Virus record (IMG/VR): IMGVR_UViG_3300032222_000250
From: an uncultured virus (IMG/VR IMGVR_UViG_3300032222_000250)
Lineage: Duplodnaviria > Heunggongvirae > Uroviricota > Caudoviricetes
Direction: 5' to 3' (one strand)
Length of the DNA: 64,000 nucleotides
Shown here: positions 9,767 through 19,441 of the stretch, one piece after another
How positions within the stretch are numbered: the first letter of the stretch is position 1
Layout of the letters: the number at the start of each line of letters is the position of its first letter
Notes under the pieces: model-generated
Told to the model about the DNA's origin: nothing
Database searches by the model: none
Seen by the model: the letters and a program-made list of their open reading frames with translations, nothing else
Program-made: the position numbers and the translations under genes

Positions 9767-12054
9767 AAATTTAAAATGTTAAAAACTTTTAATGGTGTTA
9801 TTGATTTTTGACAAATATGTTGTTTTTTAGTTCCTTTGTAAACAGGACACCAATCCCAATCACCACTATCAAAGACAAATACTTCGTCATTCCAACAAAA
9901 AATACAAACACCCTCATTATATACTCTTGTTACATTTGAAGTAAATTCGTGTTCTGATTTAGCGAAACCATTAATCATATATGTGTGTTTACGTAAACCC
10001 CAATTAAACCAAGATAGACCTGAGCCTAAACCAATAAACGTTTCTGCGTGATATAAATAATTAGCCACCTCATCTAAAGGTTCACCCCAAACATTAATAA
10101 CACCTTCTATGTTATATGGGTGTTGAGTTAATGTAACAACGTCATAACCAAGTTCTTTGATTAATTTAGACAATGATACCCAATTATTATAATCCCATTC
10201 TTTACAACCCGCAGTTGCATTTGGACCAAACACAACATATTTGTTTTTAATTGGTCTATCTTTCTTTTTAAAATTAATACCAAAATTTAATTCTTTAAAT
10301 TCTAAACCAAGAATATCTGATGCCGTTTGTTGTAGTGGAATCAAATTAGGTTGATTTGGGTGATTATCAAAATTTTCCCAAGTATTATTTTTTTTAAACC
10401 AACCAATTCTATAAACGGAGTAACAATTACGAGAATCGCCAGGTTTTATAAATTCAATATTTTTATAAGACTCTAAATCTTCAAAAAATTCATTTTTAAA
10501 AGTTGAAAAATAAACTTTACAATTATGTTTTTTTTGAAATTCAACAACATATGGTGACCAAGCTATTGTATCACCTAATGATTTTGACTCCAAAGAAATT
10601 ATTACTGATTTATCTTTTAAATCAAAAACATCATAAACTTGACCATTTATTTTAATTACCCAAGGTATATAGTATTTTTTATTACTAGCCACCCACATAT
10701 TATTAGATATTGTTTGTGAATGTATAACTTTATCAGTATCCTTATTAATAAATTCAACAAAATATTCTTTTTTTTCATCACCTGAAATTTCAACTTTTGG
10801 ACCATCTAAATAAGTTACGGTAATTTTATTTTCTTTAATTTTTTTGTTTAACCAAGGTTTTCTTTCCATAAAGTCATTTAAAGTTTTAATACCTATTTCG
10901 GCAATTTTTTCCCAATTAAAATTATTTCTAATTTCTTCAGATTCTTTTAATGATTTAATTTTACACTCATCATAATTTTCATAAACATATCTCATTACTT
11001 TTGATAATTCATTAAAATCAGGTTCATAATAATTTCCCGGTAATTCACTCATTTTATATCTTGCATATGAATCAGCGTCTGCGAGTGTTTCATGTAAAAC
11101 ATTAACAGGAAATCCTTTACCTTCAGCAAATTCTAATTGACCTGAACAATTAGAATATATTGAAGGTGTACCACAAGCCATTGCTTCTATTAATGGTAGA
11201 TTCCATCCTTCAGACCTTGCACAAGATACAAATACATGACCGGTTTTAAGGTATTTTATATAATCTTCTCTTTTAGGAAAGTGTATAATTTTAATTCTTT
11301 TATCCGTAAAACCATAATGTTTTAATCTTTCTTCGGTTGTCTTGAATCCATCCAAATGTTCTCCCCACATGTTATCAATAGATACTACTAAATCTACGGG
11401 TTCTTCTTCCGAAAATGTTTTTAAGAACCATTCGATTATTTCTTTAGTTGATTTACGATAATCCCATCTACCGAATAATAAAAACTTAAATCTACCGTCA
11501 TTATATTCACCTAACAAGTCAACAGTTTCAGGAAAAAATGTGTGAACATCAACACCCTCAGGAACTATTTTAATTTTTTCTGGGTCGTAACCTTGTTTGA
11601 TGGTACATTCTTTTTGCCATTTAGATGGTACCCAAAACTCATCAAATTTCTTTAACTCCTCAAAGTATGATGAGGGTTGTAATGTTGACTCCCAAACATT
11701 ATATGCAATTTTTGGACCATAATAAGTATCATAAAATATGTGATGATTTGTTTCTGACAGAACAATGTTAACATCGGGTAAAAATTCTTTTGAATTATCA
11801 ATATACATTTTATGATTACCACGAGTACGGTCTTCATTCCATAAAATTTGTTCATATAATAATTTCTTATCTATATCATTAATATATGGTTCGTTATCGT
11901 GAGGGGTTAAATTGAATCCTTCCCACGTACTACCAACAGTAAAATTCCTAAATTTAATTTGTGAGTGTTTTGACAAGTGTCTAAAAAAATCTCTAGTATG
12001 TTGGTTATAACCTGTGTTACCAACATAAGAACCGTGAGCAAATATTTTTATCAT
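9763..12054 (-). CDS. Bifunctional GT4 glycosyltransferase plus TibC/Aah-like glycosyltransferase
   Basis: N-terminal half: GRWDYRK and RSEGWNLPLIEAMACG. C-terminal half: SLGDTIAW, FIGLGSGLSW and CIFCWN..WCP..HICQKSITP. Confidence 0.85.
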   Translation of the reverse strand: MIKIFAHGSYVGNTGYNQHTRDFFRHLSKHSQIKFRNFTVGSTWEGFNLTPHDNEPYINDIDKKLLYEQILWNEDRTRGNHKMYIDNSKEFLPDVNIVLSETNHHIFYDTYYGPKIAYNVWESTLQPSSYFEELKKFDEFWVPSKWQKECTIKQGYDPEKIKIVPEGVDVHTFFPETVDLLGEYNDGRFKFLLFGRWDYRKSTKEIIEWFLKTFSEEEPVDLVVSIDNMWGEHLDGFKTTEERLKHYGFTDKRIKIIHFPKREDYIKYLKTGHVFVSCARSEGWNLPLIEAMACGTPSIYSNCSGQLEFAEGKGFPVNVLHETLADADSYARYKMSELPGNYYEPDFNELSKVMRYVYENYDECKIKSLKESEEIRNNFNWEKIAEIGIKTLNDFMERKPWLNKKIKENKITVTYLDGPKVEISGDEKKEYFVEFINKDTDKVIHSQTISNNMWVASNKKYYIPWVIKINGQVYDVFDLKDKSVIISLESKSLGDTIAWSPYVVEFQKKHNCKVYFSTFKNEFFEDLESYKNIEFIKPGDSRNCYSVYRIGWFKKNNTWENFDNHPNQPNLIPLQQTASDILGLEFKELNFGINFKKKDRPIKNKYVVFGPNATAGCKEWDYNNWVSLSKLIKELGYDVVTLTQHPYNIEGVINVWGEPLDEVANYLYHAETFIGLGSGLSWFNWGLRKHTYMINGFAKSEHEFTSNVTRVYNEGVCIFCWNDEVFVFDSGDWDWCPVYKGTKKQHICQKSITPLKVFNILNL

Positions 12055-12087
12055 AGGTATATTAATATAGTTGAACTATAATAATAA

Positions 12088-12759
12088 TTGCCTATAATTC
12101 AAGGTATGGATTTAAATAATTTTAATTGGGGTCTAACATCGAAAAGTTTTAGAAAACAAATAACTAATGAAATATTTAATGGAGTTAACGATTACGAAAA
12201 GTTTTTTGAAGTAGAAAAAGGTGATATTGTTGTAGATATTGGAGCAACTATTGGTGAATTTACTTATAAAATTTTAGATAAAAAACCAAAACATTGTTAT
12301 GTGGTTGAACCTTTATCGGTTTTTTTTGACACATTAAAGGAAAATTTACATGGACATCCTGTATCGTTTACAAATGTAGCAATTACTAGTGATAAATATT
12401 GTAATCTAAATTGGGATGGATATAATGAAACAGTCAATACATTAACATTTAATGAGTTTATTAAGTTAAATAGATTGAAACATATTGATTTTCTTAAATT
12501 TGATTGTGAAGGTGGAGAATACAATATATTTTCTTCTGAAAATATATCTTTTTTAAAGACCATTCCAAAAATTGTTGGAGAATTTCACTTACGAACTGGT
12601 GTGTTAAAAGAAAACTTTAGACACTTTAGAGATATAATACTACCAAATTTTGATAATTATCGATTCATGTCTGTTGATTTTGTTGATATTACTTGGGACT
12701 TAAAAAACGAACATTTTATTCAACACTACAAAGAAATTTATTTATACATTAACAATTAA
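12088..12759 (+). CDS. FkbM family methyltransferase
   Basis: VVDIGATIG and IDFLKFDCEGGE. The start may be 12106. Confidence 0.85.
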   Translation: MPIIQGMDLNNFNWGLTSKSFRKQITNEIFNGVNDYEKFFEVEKGDIVVDIGATIGEFTYKILDKKPKHCYVVEPLSVFFDTLKENLHGHPVSFTNVAITSDKYCNLNWDGYNETVNTLTFNEFIKLNRLKHIDFLKFDCEGGEYNIFSSENISFLKTIPKIVGEFHLRTGVLKENFRHFRDIILPNFDNYRFMSVDFVDITWDLKNEHFIQHYKEIYLYINN

Positions 12760-12772
12760 AAAAAATACATAT

Positions 12773-13504
12773 ATGAAAAAAACACTTGATAATTTTGATT
12801 GGGGTTGGATGAATGAGACAAATGAAGTATATAGAATACTTGGGGACAATAATAATAAACAAATGGGACAATTCCATAAAGACACTATTACTAGAGAAAT
12901 TTATGTTGATAGTTGTTATGAGAAATTCTTTGAAGTTAAAGAAGGGGATATAGTATTAGATGTTGGTGCGAGTGTCGGACCATTCACATATTCAATTTTA
13001 GATAAAAAACCAAAACATGTTTTTTGTTTTGAACCAAGTTATAGAGAATTTAAAACATTAGTAAAAAATACTATTGGAAATCCCGTGACCCATATAAATA
13101 AGGGTATTTCCGATAAAAATTCAATTGTTAAAAATGATGAACTTTTTGGTGGAGAAACCGAAATGGAAGGGATAACGTTCAAAACGTTTGTTGATTTGTT
13201 TGGTGTTGATAAAATTGATTTTATTAAAACAGATTGTGAAGGTGGAGAATACCATATATTCAATGATGATAATATGGGATATATTAAAAATAATGTTAAA
13301 AAAATTGTTGGGGAATGGCATTTACGACTTGAGAATCATAACTATGTTGAAGAATTCAGACATTTTAGAGATACCTATCTTAAAGAATTTCCAAATCATC
13401 AAGTTTATTCAATAGACAATATTGATATAAAATGGGATTTATGGAATGAACATTTTCTTGAATATTATAATCAAGTTATAGTTCATATAGATAATCAAGA
13501 CTAA
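12773..13504 (+). CDS. FkbM family methyltransferase, tandem paralogue of 12088
   Basis: VLDVGASVG and IDFIKTDCEGGE. Shares YEKFFEV, ILDKKPKH and FRHFRD with the upstream gene. Confidence 0.87.
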   Translation: MKKTLDNFDWGWMNETNEVYRILGDNNNKQMGQFHKDTITREIYVDSCYEKFFEVKEGDIVLDVGASVGPFTYSILDKKPKHVFCFEPSYREFKTLVKNTIGNPVTHINKGISDKNSIVKNDELFGGETEMEGITFKTFVDLFGVDKIDFIKTDCEGGEYHIFNDDNMGYIKNNVKKIVGEWHLRLENHNYVEEFRHFRDTYLKEFPNHQVYSIDNIDIKWDLWNEHFLEYYNQVIVHIDNQD

Positions 13505-13507
13505 TTT

Positions 13508-14590
13508 ATGAGTAATATATTATATGTTATTGATGGTTATTTATCATCTAAAGATAAGGCGGATGTAACTTTAGAATTAATTCAACAACTTAAATTGTTG
13601 GATGGGTCTCGTAAGATAATGTTAATTAATAAATTTGGTAATTCTTGGGGAATTGATACTCAAGTTGATTTTTATAGAGAATATCTTGATGGTTTTATGG
13701 TTGGTTATCCACCTGAAGAAATTATAAATTCAAATCTATATAATAAACCATATGTTTATTATGAAATTGAAAGTGGTATTTTAGAAAATTGGATGCCATT
13801 TATTGGTGTTTCTGACCATGTGGCAAATGTATATAATGGATTCATATACGGACTTCAAGAGGCAAATAAAGAAGGGTACTCAAAAGTTTTTAGGATTGAA
13901 TACGACATGTTATTTGATAACGAAGAATTTAGTGAGGTCTTAAATGATTTGAATACTTTTGAAACTGAAGATTATTTGATTTATGGAAAAAGAAAAGAAG
14001 GTAAATGGGCGGGTCAACACCAATCGTTAATTGATGTTCATTTTTGTGGATATTCAAATAAAACAATAGGTGATTTTTCATTTGTTAAAAATGATGAAGA
14101 ATATTGGAACTTATGTGGTGAGATAGGATATTCAGGTAAATGGGCTGAGTATGTATTATCAATGATATTTCAATACAATTCAACTGAAAATGTTTTTGGT
14201 AAAATATATGAAGGACCAATTAGAAATAAATTTACAAAATCACAATTTGACCGAATATCATCTTCGGGTGAATGGACAGACAAATGGAAAGATATTCCAA
14301 AAATATGTAAATTGGATATTGGTCAAGGACACAAGACGGACCCAAATAAACTTGTTATTTTTTATTTGAATAGGGATTACGACATGGCGGAGGTTGATGT
14401 TGTGTCTAATACGGGATATTATAAACATGTTGAATTAAAACAAGGGTTTTGGTGTTATGAGATTATTGATAGAACTGACAACATGATATTCATGTCAAAA
14501 GTTACACATAAAGACGGTTCAAATGTTTACCTTAAAAAAGTTAATAATGATAATTTTGAATTAATTAAAGATAGATTTATATTAAAATGA
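13508..14590 (+). CDS. Hypothetical protein in the glycosylation island (possible GT-A fold)
   Basis: 360-aa ORF with RIEYD in a DxD-like position. Confidence 0.55.
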   Translation: MSNILYVIDGYLSSKDKADVTLELIQQLKLLDGSRKIMLINKFGNSWGIDTQVDFYREYLDGFMVGYPPEEIINSNLYNKPYVYYEIESGILENWMPFIGVSDHVANVYNGFIYGLQEANKEGYSKVFRIEYDMLFDNEEFSEVLNDLNTFETEDYLIYGKRKEGKWAGQHQSLIDVHFCGYSNKTIGDFSFVKNDEEYWNLCGEIGYSGKWAEYVLSMIFQYNSTENVFGKIYEGPIRNKFTKSQFDRISSSGEWTDKWKDIPKICKLDIGQGHKTDPNKLVIFYLNRDYDMAEVDVVSNTGYYKHVELKQGFWCYEIIDRTDNMIFMSKVTHKDGSNVYLKKVNNDNFELIKDRFILK

Positions 14591-16416
14591 ATATATTAAT
14601 TCCTTTAGGCGGTATTGGAAAACGATTCAGTGATTATGGGTACCATATGCCAAAACCTTTGATTAAAGTTTTGGGTAAAGAAATAATATTTTGGTTGTTA
14701 GATTCCTTAGATGTTAGTGACGAGGACAGTATATATATCCCATATAATGAATGTTTGGAGTATTATAATTTTAGTGAGATTATTAACTCAAAGTACCCAA
14801 AGATTAAATTAACTCCAATTCCTGACACAAAAGGAGCCTCCGAAACAATATTAAAAGGATTAGATTATTTTAATATTAACGGTAAAATTGTTGTGTTAGA
14901 TGGAGATACATGGTATGATGAGAATATAATAGAAAAAATACGAAAAATTGAGGGAAATTCAGTTTTATACTTTGATTCAAAAAACCCAAATCCAATATAT
15001 TCGTATATTCAAATCAAAGATAATATTATTACAAACATTAAAGAAAAGATTAAAATTTCAAATAATGCTAACAGTGGATGTTATGTGTTTCAGGATTCTG
15101 AAAAGTTAAAAAAACAAATACTTGAAATAGGTTTTGATGTTGAAAAAGAATTATACACCTCTCAAGTTATTAGTAAAATGATTGAAAATGGTGAACAATT
15201 TATACCAATTAAAGTTAATGATTTTTATGTGTTAGGAACACCACAACAAATTATTCAGTTTTCAAAAACATATGAGATATCTAAGAAAAGATTTTGTTTT
15301 GATTTAGATAATACATTGGTAACATATCCAAAAGTTGATGGTGATTATACAACTGTTGAACCAATTTATGACACAATCAATTATTTAAAAAAACTTAAAG
15401 AAAAGGGTCATACGATTATAATTTATACTGCTAGAAGAATGAGAACACATGGTGGTAATGTGGGTGTTGTTATTGCAGATATTGGTAAGATTACTATAGA
15501 TACTTTAGAAAAGTATAACATACCTTATGATGAAATTTATTTTGGAAAACCATACGCTCATTTTTATATTGATGATTTAATGGTAAACCCAAAGACAGAT
15601 TTAAATAAAACTTTAGGGTTTTATATGGAAGATGTGACACCAAGACATTTTAATGAAGTTAAAATTGGGAAGACTTTTATTAAAAAATCCGATGACATAA
15701 AGTTACAAGGTGAAATAGAATATTATAAATGGGTTGTGGATAATGGAACTGAAGAAATTCAAAAATTATTTCCAAAAATGTTAAAATATTCTGATAATAG
15801 TGTGGAATTAGAAATGATACAAGGCATTAATTTTAGTACAATGTATGTCAATAATATTTTAACCATTGAACACCTTCAATTATTAATGGGAAAAATAAAA
15901 CTATTACATAGTAACCTTGAAAGTGATGAAACTCATTTTGATTATCCAAACTTAAGTAAAAAATTTGTGGAAAGGGTTAAAATGTATGATTATAAATCAT
16001 ATGGTATTACAGATAATCAGGTATTACAAATTGAAAAAGAGTTAATTAAAATTGAGTCTCAGGGGTATAAAAATGTTATGATACATGGTGATTGTGTTTT
16101 TAGTAATATTATGTTAAGTGAGAGTGAGGATATAAAGTTTGTGGATGTTAGAGGTATGGTTGGGGATAAAAAAACTTGTTATGGGTTATATCTTTATGAT
16201 TATGCCAAAATATACCAATCTTTGATTGGGTATGATGAAATATTGATGGATAAAAAAATAAAAAAATCATATAAGAATATGATGTTGGAGTATTTTAAAA
16301 CACAAGTTGGTGATGATTTTGAGAAGATAAAAATTATTACAAAATCACTTATATTGTCATTAGTACCTTTACACAATGATGTTGATAAAATTAAAAAATA
16401 TCTTAAATTAATTTAA
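14587..16416 (+). CDS. Trifunctional fusion: NTP transferase, HAD (capsule-type) phosphatase and APH/choline-kinase-like phosphotransferase
   Basis: ILIPLGGIGKRF..PKPLI; FCFDLDNTL..YTARRM..FGKP..YIDD; MIHGDCVFSNI..FVD. Confidence 0.85.
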   Translation: MNILIPLGGIGKRFSDYGYHMPKPLIKVLGKEIIFWLLDSLDVSDEDSIYIPYNECLEYYNFSEIINSKYPKIKLTPIPDTKGASETILKGLDYFNINGKIVVLDGDTWYDENIIEKIRKIEGNSVLYFDSKNPNPIYSYIQIKDNIITNIKEKIKISNNANSGCYVFQDSEKLKKQILEIGFDVEKELYTSQVISKMIENGEQFIPIKVNDFYVLGTPQQIIQFSKTYEISKKRFCFDLDNTLVTYPKVDGDYTTVEPIYDTINYLKKLKEKGHTIIIYTARRMRTHGGNVGVVIADIGKITIDTLEKYNIPYDEIYFGKPYAHFYIDDLMVNPKTDLNKTLGFYMEDVTPRHFNEVKIGKTFIKKSDDIKLQGEIEYYKWVVDNGTEEIQKLFPKMLKYSDNSVELEMIQGINFSTMYVNNILTIEHLQLLMGKIKLLHSNLESDETHFDYPNLSKKFVERVKMYDYKSYGITDNQVLQIEKELIKIESQGYKNVMIHGDCVFSNIMLSESEDIKFVDVRGMVGDKKTCYGLYLYDYAKIYQSLIGYDEILMDKKIKKSYKNMMLEYFKTQVGDDFEKIKIITKSLILSLVPLHNDVDKIKKYLKLI

Positions 16417-16417
16417 T

Positions 16418-17062
16418 ATGGCACAAGGAGTACATAAAATTACAGAAGATTTTGAAAAGGCTCTGTGTGATTACACTGGAGCTCCACATGCGATTGCTTT
16501 GGACAATATGAGTAACGCTTTGTTTTTAGCATTATATTATGAAAAAAACATAAAAAAAAATTTAATATCGGATGAGGTAGATTGTCCATCAAAGACATAT
16601 CCATCAGTTCCTTGTGAGATTATTCATGCTGGTCTTAAAGTTAATTTTACACCTGTTGAAGGTGAAACAATTAAAGGGGCTTACCGATTATCCCCCAGTA
16701 ATGTTTGGGATTCGGCATTACGATTTACGTCAGATATGTATATTCCAAAGTCACATATGTGTCTTTCATTTACAGGACCATACAAAACATTGAAGTTAAG
16801 TAAAGGTGGTGCAATTTTAACTGATGACCATAAAGCAATGTTATGGTTTAAACGTGCAAGATTTAGTGGAAGACGAGAGTGTTCATATCACGATGATAAT
16901 TTTGATATGTTGGGTTGGAATTTTTATATGATGCCAGAACTTTCAGCAAGAGGTTTATTGATGATGTCACAGTTTTATGATTTAAAGGGGAATAAAAAAC
17001 ATATGGACGATTTGGAATTACCCTATCCTGATTTGTCCAAATTTAAAATATATCAAAAATAA
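16418..17062 (+). CDS. Short DegT/DnrJ/EryC1/StrS family sugar aminotransferase
   Basis: FEKALCDY, TYPSVP, WDSA, LSFTGPYKTL (PLP Lys), GGAILTDD and GWNFYM. Confidence 0.78.
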   Translation: MAQGVHKITEDFEKALCDYTGAPHAIALDNMSNALFLALYYEKNIKKNLISDEVDCPSKTYPSVPCEIIHAGLKVNFTPVEGETIKGAYRLSPSNVWDSALRFTSDMYIPKSHMCLSFTGPYKTLKLSKGGAILTDDHKAMLWFKRARFSGRRECSYHDDNFDMLGWNFYMMPELSARGLLMMSQFYDLKGNKKHMDDLELPYPDLSKFKIYQK

Positions 17063-17063
17063 T

Positions 17064-17606
17064 ATGTTTTACACAAAAGAAGAATTAAATGAAATGGGTT
17101 TTAAATCCATTGGAAAAAATGTCTTAATATCTAACAAAGCATCAATTTATGGTGTTAAAAATATTGAAATTGGTTCAAATGTTAGAATTGATGATTTTTG
17201 TATTATAAGTGCAGGTGAAGGTGGAATTCAAATTGGTAATTATGTTCATATTGCGTGTTATGCCCATTTAATAGGTTCAGGTCAAATTATTGTTGAAGAC
17301 CATGCACAAATTTCAGGTAAGGTTTCAATCTATTCATCTTCTGATGATTTTTCAGGAGATTATTTAGTTGGTCCTACAGTACCAAAAGAATTTACAAATG
17401 TTAAAAGTTTAACGGTACATCTTAAAAAATATGTAATATTAGGTTGTAATGTTGTTGTATTACCTGGAGTTACAATTGAGGAAGGCACTGCAATTGGTGC
17501 TTTAAGTTTAGTTTCAAAAAATTTACCCGAATATGGAATATACGGTGGTAATCCATTAAGATTGATAAAAGAAAGAACAAAGGGGATGCAAAAATATGAG
17601 ATATAA
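17064..17606 (+). CDS. Hexapeptide-repeat acyltransferase (VioB-like)
   Basis: GFKSIGKNVLIS, IGSNVRIDDFC, YSSSDDFSG and IYGGNP. Confidence 0.85.
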   Translation: MFYTKEELNEMGFKSIGKNVLISNKASIYGVKNIEIGSNVRIDDFCIISAGEGGIQIGNYVHIACYAHLIGSGQIIVEDHAQISGKVSIYSSSDDFSGDYLVGPTVPKEFTNVKSLTVHLKKYVILGCNVVVLPGVTIEEGTAIGALSLVSKNLPEYGIYGGNPLRLIKERTKGMQKYEI

Positions 17607-18537
17607 TAATGTTGGTATCTTGGGTACTGGTTCATATTTACCAACAAAAATAATAACTAATCAAAAAATTGAAGAGACTGTAGACACAACTCATGAATGG
17701 ATTAATGCTAAATTAGGTATTAATGAAAGGAGAATAGTTGAAGATGAATTACCGTCTGAAATTGGATATCAGGCGGCCTTAAAGGCTTTAGGGTCCGCAA
17801 ATTTGACAATTAATGATATCGATTTAATTATTGTTGCAACGTCAAGTCCCGAACAAATATCACCATCAACCGCTTGTATTATTCATAATAAATTTAATAT
17901 TGAAAAAAATATCCCAGCATTTGATATTAATGCGGTTTGTTCTGGATTTGTATATGCAGTAAATTTAGTATCACCATTGATTAGTTTTGGTGTTTACAAA
18001 AATGTATTAATTATTGCAACCGAAGCATATTCTAAAGTTACTAATTGGAATGACCAACACTGTGTATTTTTTGGTGATGGCGCGGGAGCGGTCGTAATAG
18101 GAACATCAAAAGATGGATGGGTATCGTGTGAGAATAATGCCAACGGTAAAGATACTGGTATGACAGGATTTAAATTACCAATTGGAGGTCCTTTTATTAT
18201 GAAAGGTAAAGAAGTTTGGAACCAAGCAATTAAAGTTATACCCGAATCTGTTAGAAATATTTTAAAAATTTCAAGTGTGGATATTAGTGAAGTTGATATG
18301 ATAGTTCCTCACCAGCCAAGTATTAATATACTTAAAATAATCGCTGAGGATTTAGGTTTCCCAATGTCAAAAGTTAAAACTGTAATGGATAAATATGCAA
18401 ATATTGCGGGGGCATCTGTTCCGATTGCTTTAGATGATGCCGTTAAAAATGGTGAAATTAAAAAGGGTGACACAATTGTCTTAACCGCAATTGGTTCTGG
18501 TTGGACTTGGGGTTCGACAATATTAAAATGGATTTAA
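17596..18537 (+). CDS. fabH: 3-oxoacyl-ACP synthase III family protein
   Basis: GTGSYLP, AFDINAVCSGF (catalytic Cys), FGDGAGA, PHQ (His), YANIAGAS (Asn) and GSGWTWG. Confidence 0.93.
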   Translation: MRYNNVGILGTGSYLPTKIITNQKIEETVDTTHEWINAKLGINERRIVEDELPSEIGYQAALKALGSANLTINDIDLIIVATSSPEQISPSTACIIHNKFNIEKNIPAFDINAVCSGFVYAVNLVSPLISFGVYKNVLIIATEAYSKVTNWNDQHCVFFGDGAGAVVIGTSKDGWVSCENNANGKDTGMTGFKLPIGGPFIMKGKEVWNQAIKVIPESVRNILKISSVDISEVDMIVPHQPSINILKIIAEDLGFPMSKVKTVMDKYANIAGASVPIALDDAVKNGEIKKGDTIVLTAIGSGWTWGSTILKWI

Positions 18538-18541
18538 CAAT

Positions 18542-19441
18542 ATGATTTTAGAGTCTTCAGAAACCAAGTTATCTTTTATAGTTAATACTATGATTAGTAT
18601 TGGTTTTGAGCATAAAGGAGGTTCATATGTTTTACATAAATTGGCGTATGAATTGGCGGAATATGGACATAATATCTATGTATTTAATGAACCATTTTAC
18701 CCGCATAATAATATAAAGGTGATTCCAACCAAAAGATATCCAATTGGTGACGGTTGGAATTCAAAATTTGAATGGGAAGGATTTGAGTATAATCCAAATA
18801 AAACGGTTAGTATTCAACCACAAACAACATTTGGTAATCCTTTTAATACTATTCATAATGCTAGATGGATTTTACACCATACAACACAAGAACAATTTGA
18901 CACTTTTGGTGTGAATGATTTAATATATAAAATTGCGGATTTTGAGGTACCCACAAAATTAGAAATTAAACCTTTAGTTGTTATTGATTATAATTTAGAT
19001 AAGTTTGAAAATCTAAATAAAAAAAATCGTTCAGGTTTTTGTCATATTCTTCATAAGAACACACCTGATTGGGGTAAAGATTTTTTAACTAAATTTAATT
19101 CTAAAGATTTAAGTGATTGGTATAATAAAGGTGGATTAGAATATTTGAACATTGAATTAAATAACTATGAATATATGTTAACTTTTGATGACAAAACATA
19201 TTTAACCACAATTTCGGCATTATGTGGTGCAAAAGCAATAATTTTAAATGAAAAAACAACACCATATAAATACAGACAATTAAATCCAACACAAATGTAT
19301 GGAATTGCTTATGGTATGAATGATATTACATGGGCTAATAGTACAATTGATATGGTTGAAAACCATTTAATTGAACTTAAAAAAAATGATAAAGAAACTG
19401 TTAAAGAATTCGTTAAATATTGGGAAAATAAATTATTATGA
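18542..19441 (+). CDS. Putative glycosyltransferase-like (WavQ-like) protein
   Basis: GGSYVLHKLA, GNPFN..ARWIL and TFDDKTYL..ALCG. Confidence 0.55.
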   Translation: MILESSETKLSFIVNTMISIGFEHKGGSYVLHKLAYELAEYGHNIYVFNEPFYPHNNIKVIPTKRYPIGDGWNSKFEWEGFEYNPNKTVSIQPQTTFGNPFNTIHNARWILHHTTQEQFDTFGVNDLIYKIADFEVPTKLEIKPLVVIDYNLDKFENLNKKNRSGFCHILHKNTPDWGKDFLTKFNSKDLSDWYNKGGLEYLNIELNNYEYMLTFDDKTYLTTISALCGAKAIILNEKTTPYKYRQLNPTQMYGIAYGMNDITWANSTIDMVENHLIELKKNDKETVKEFVKYWENKLL

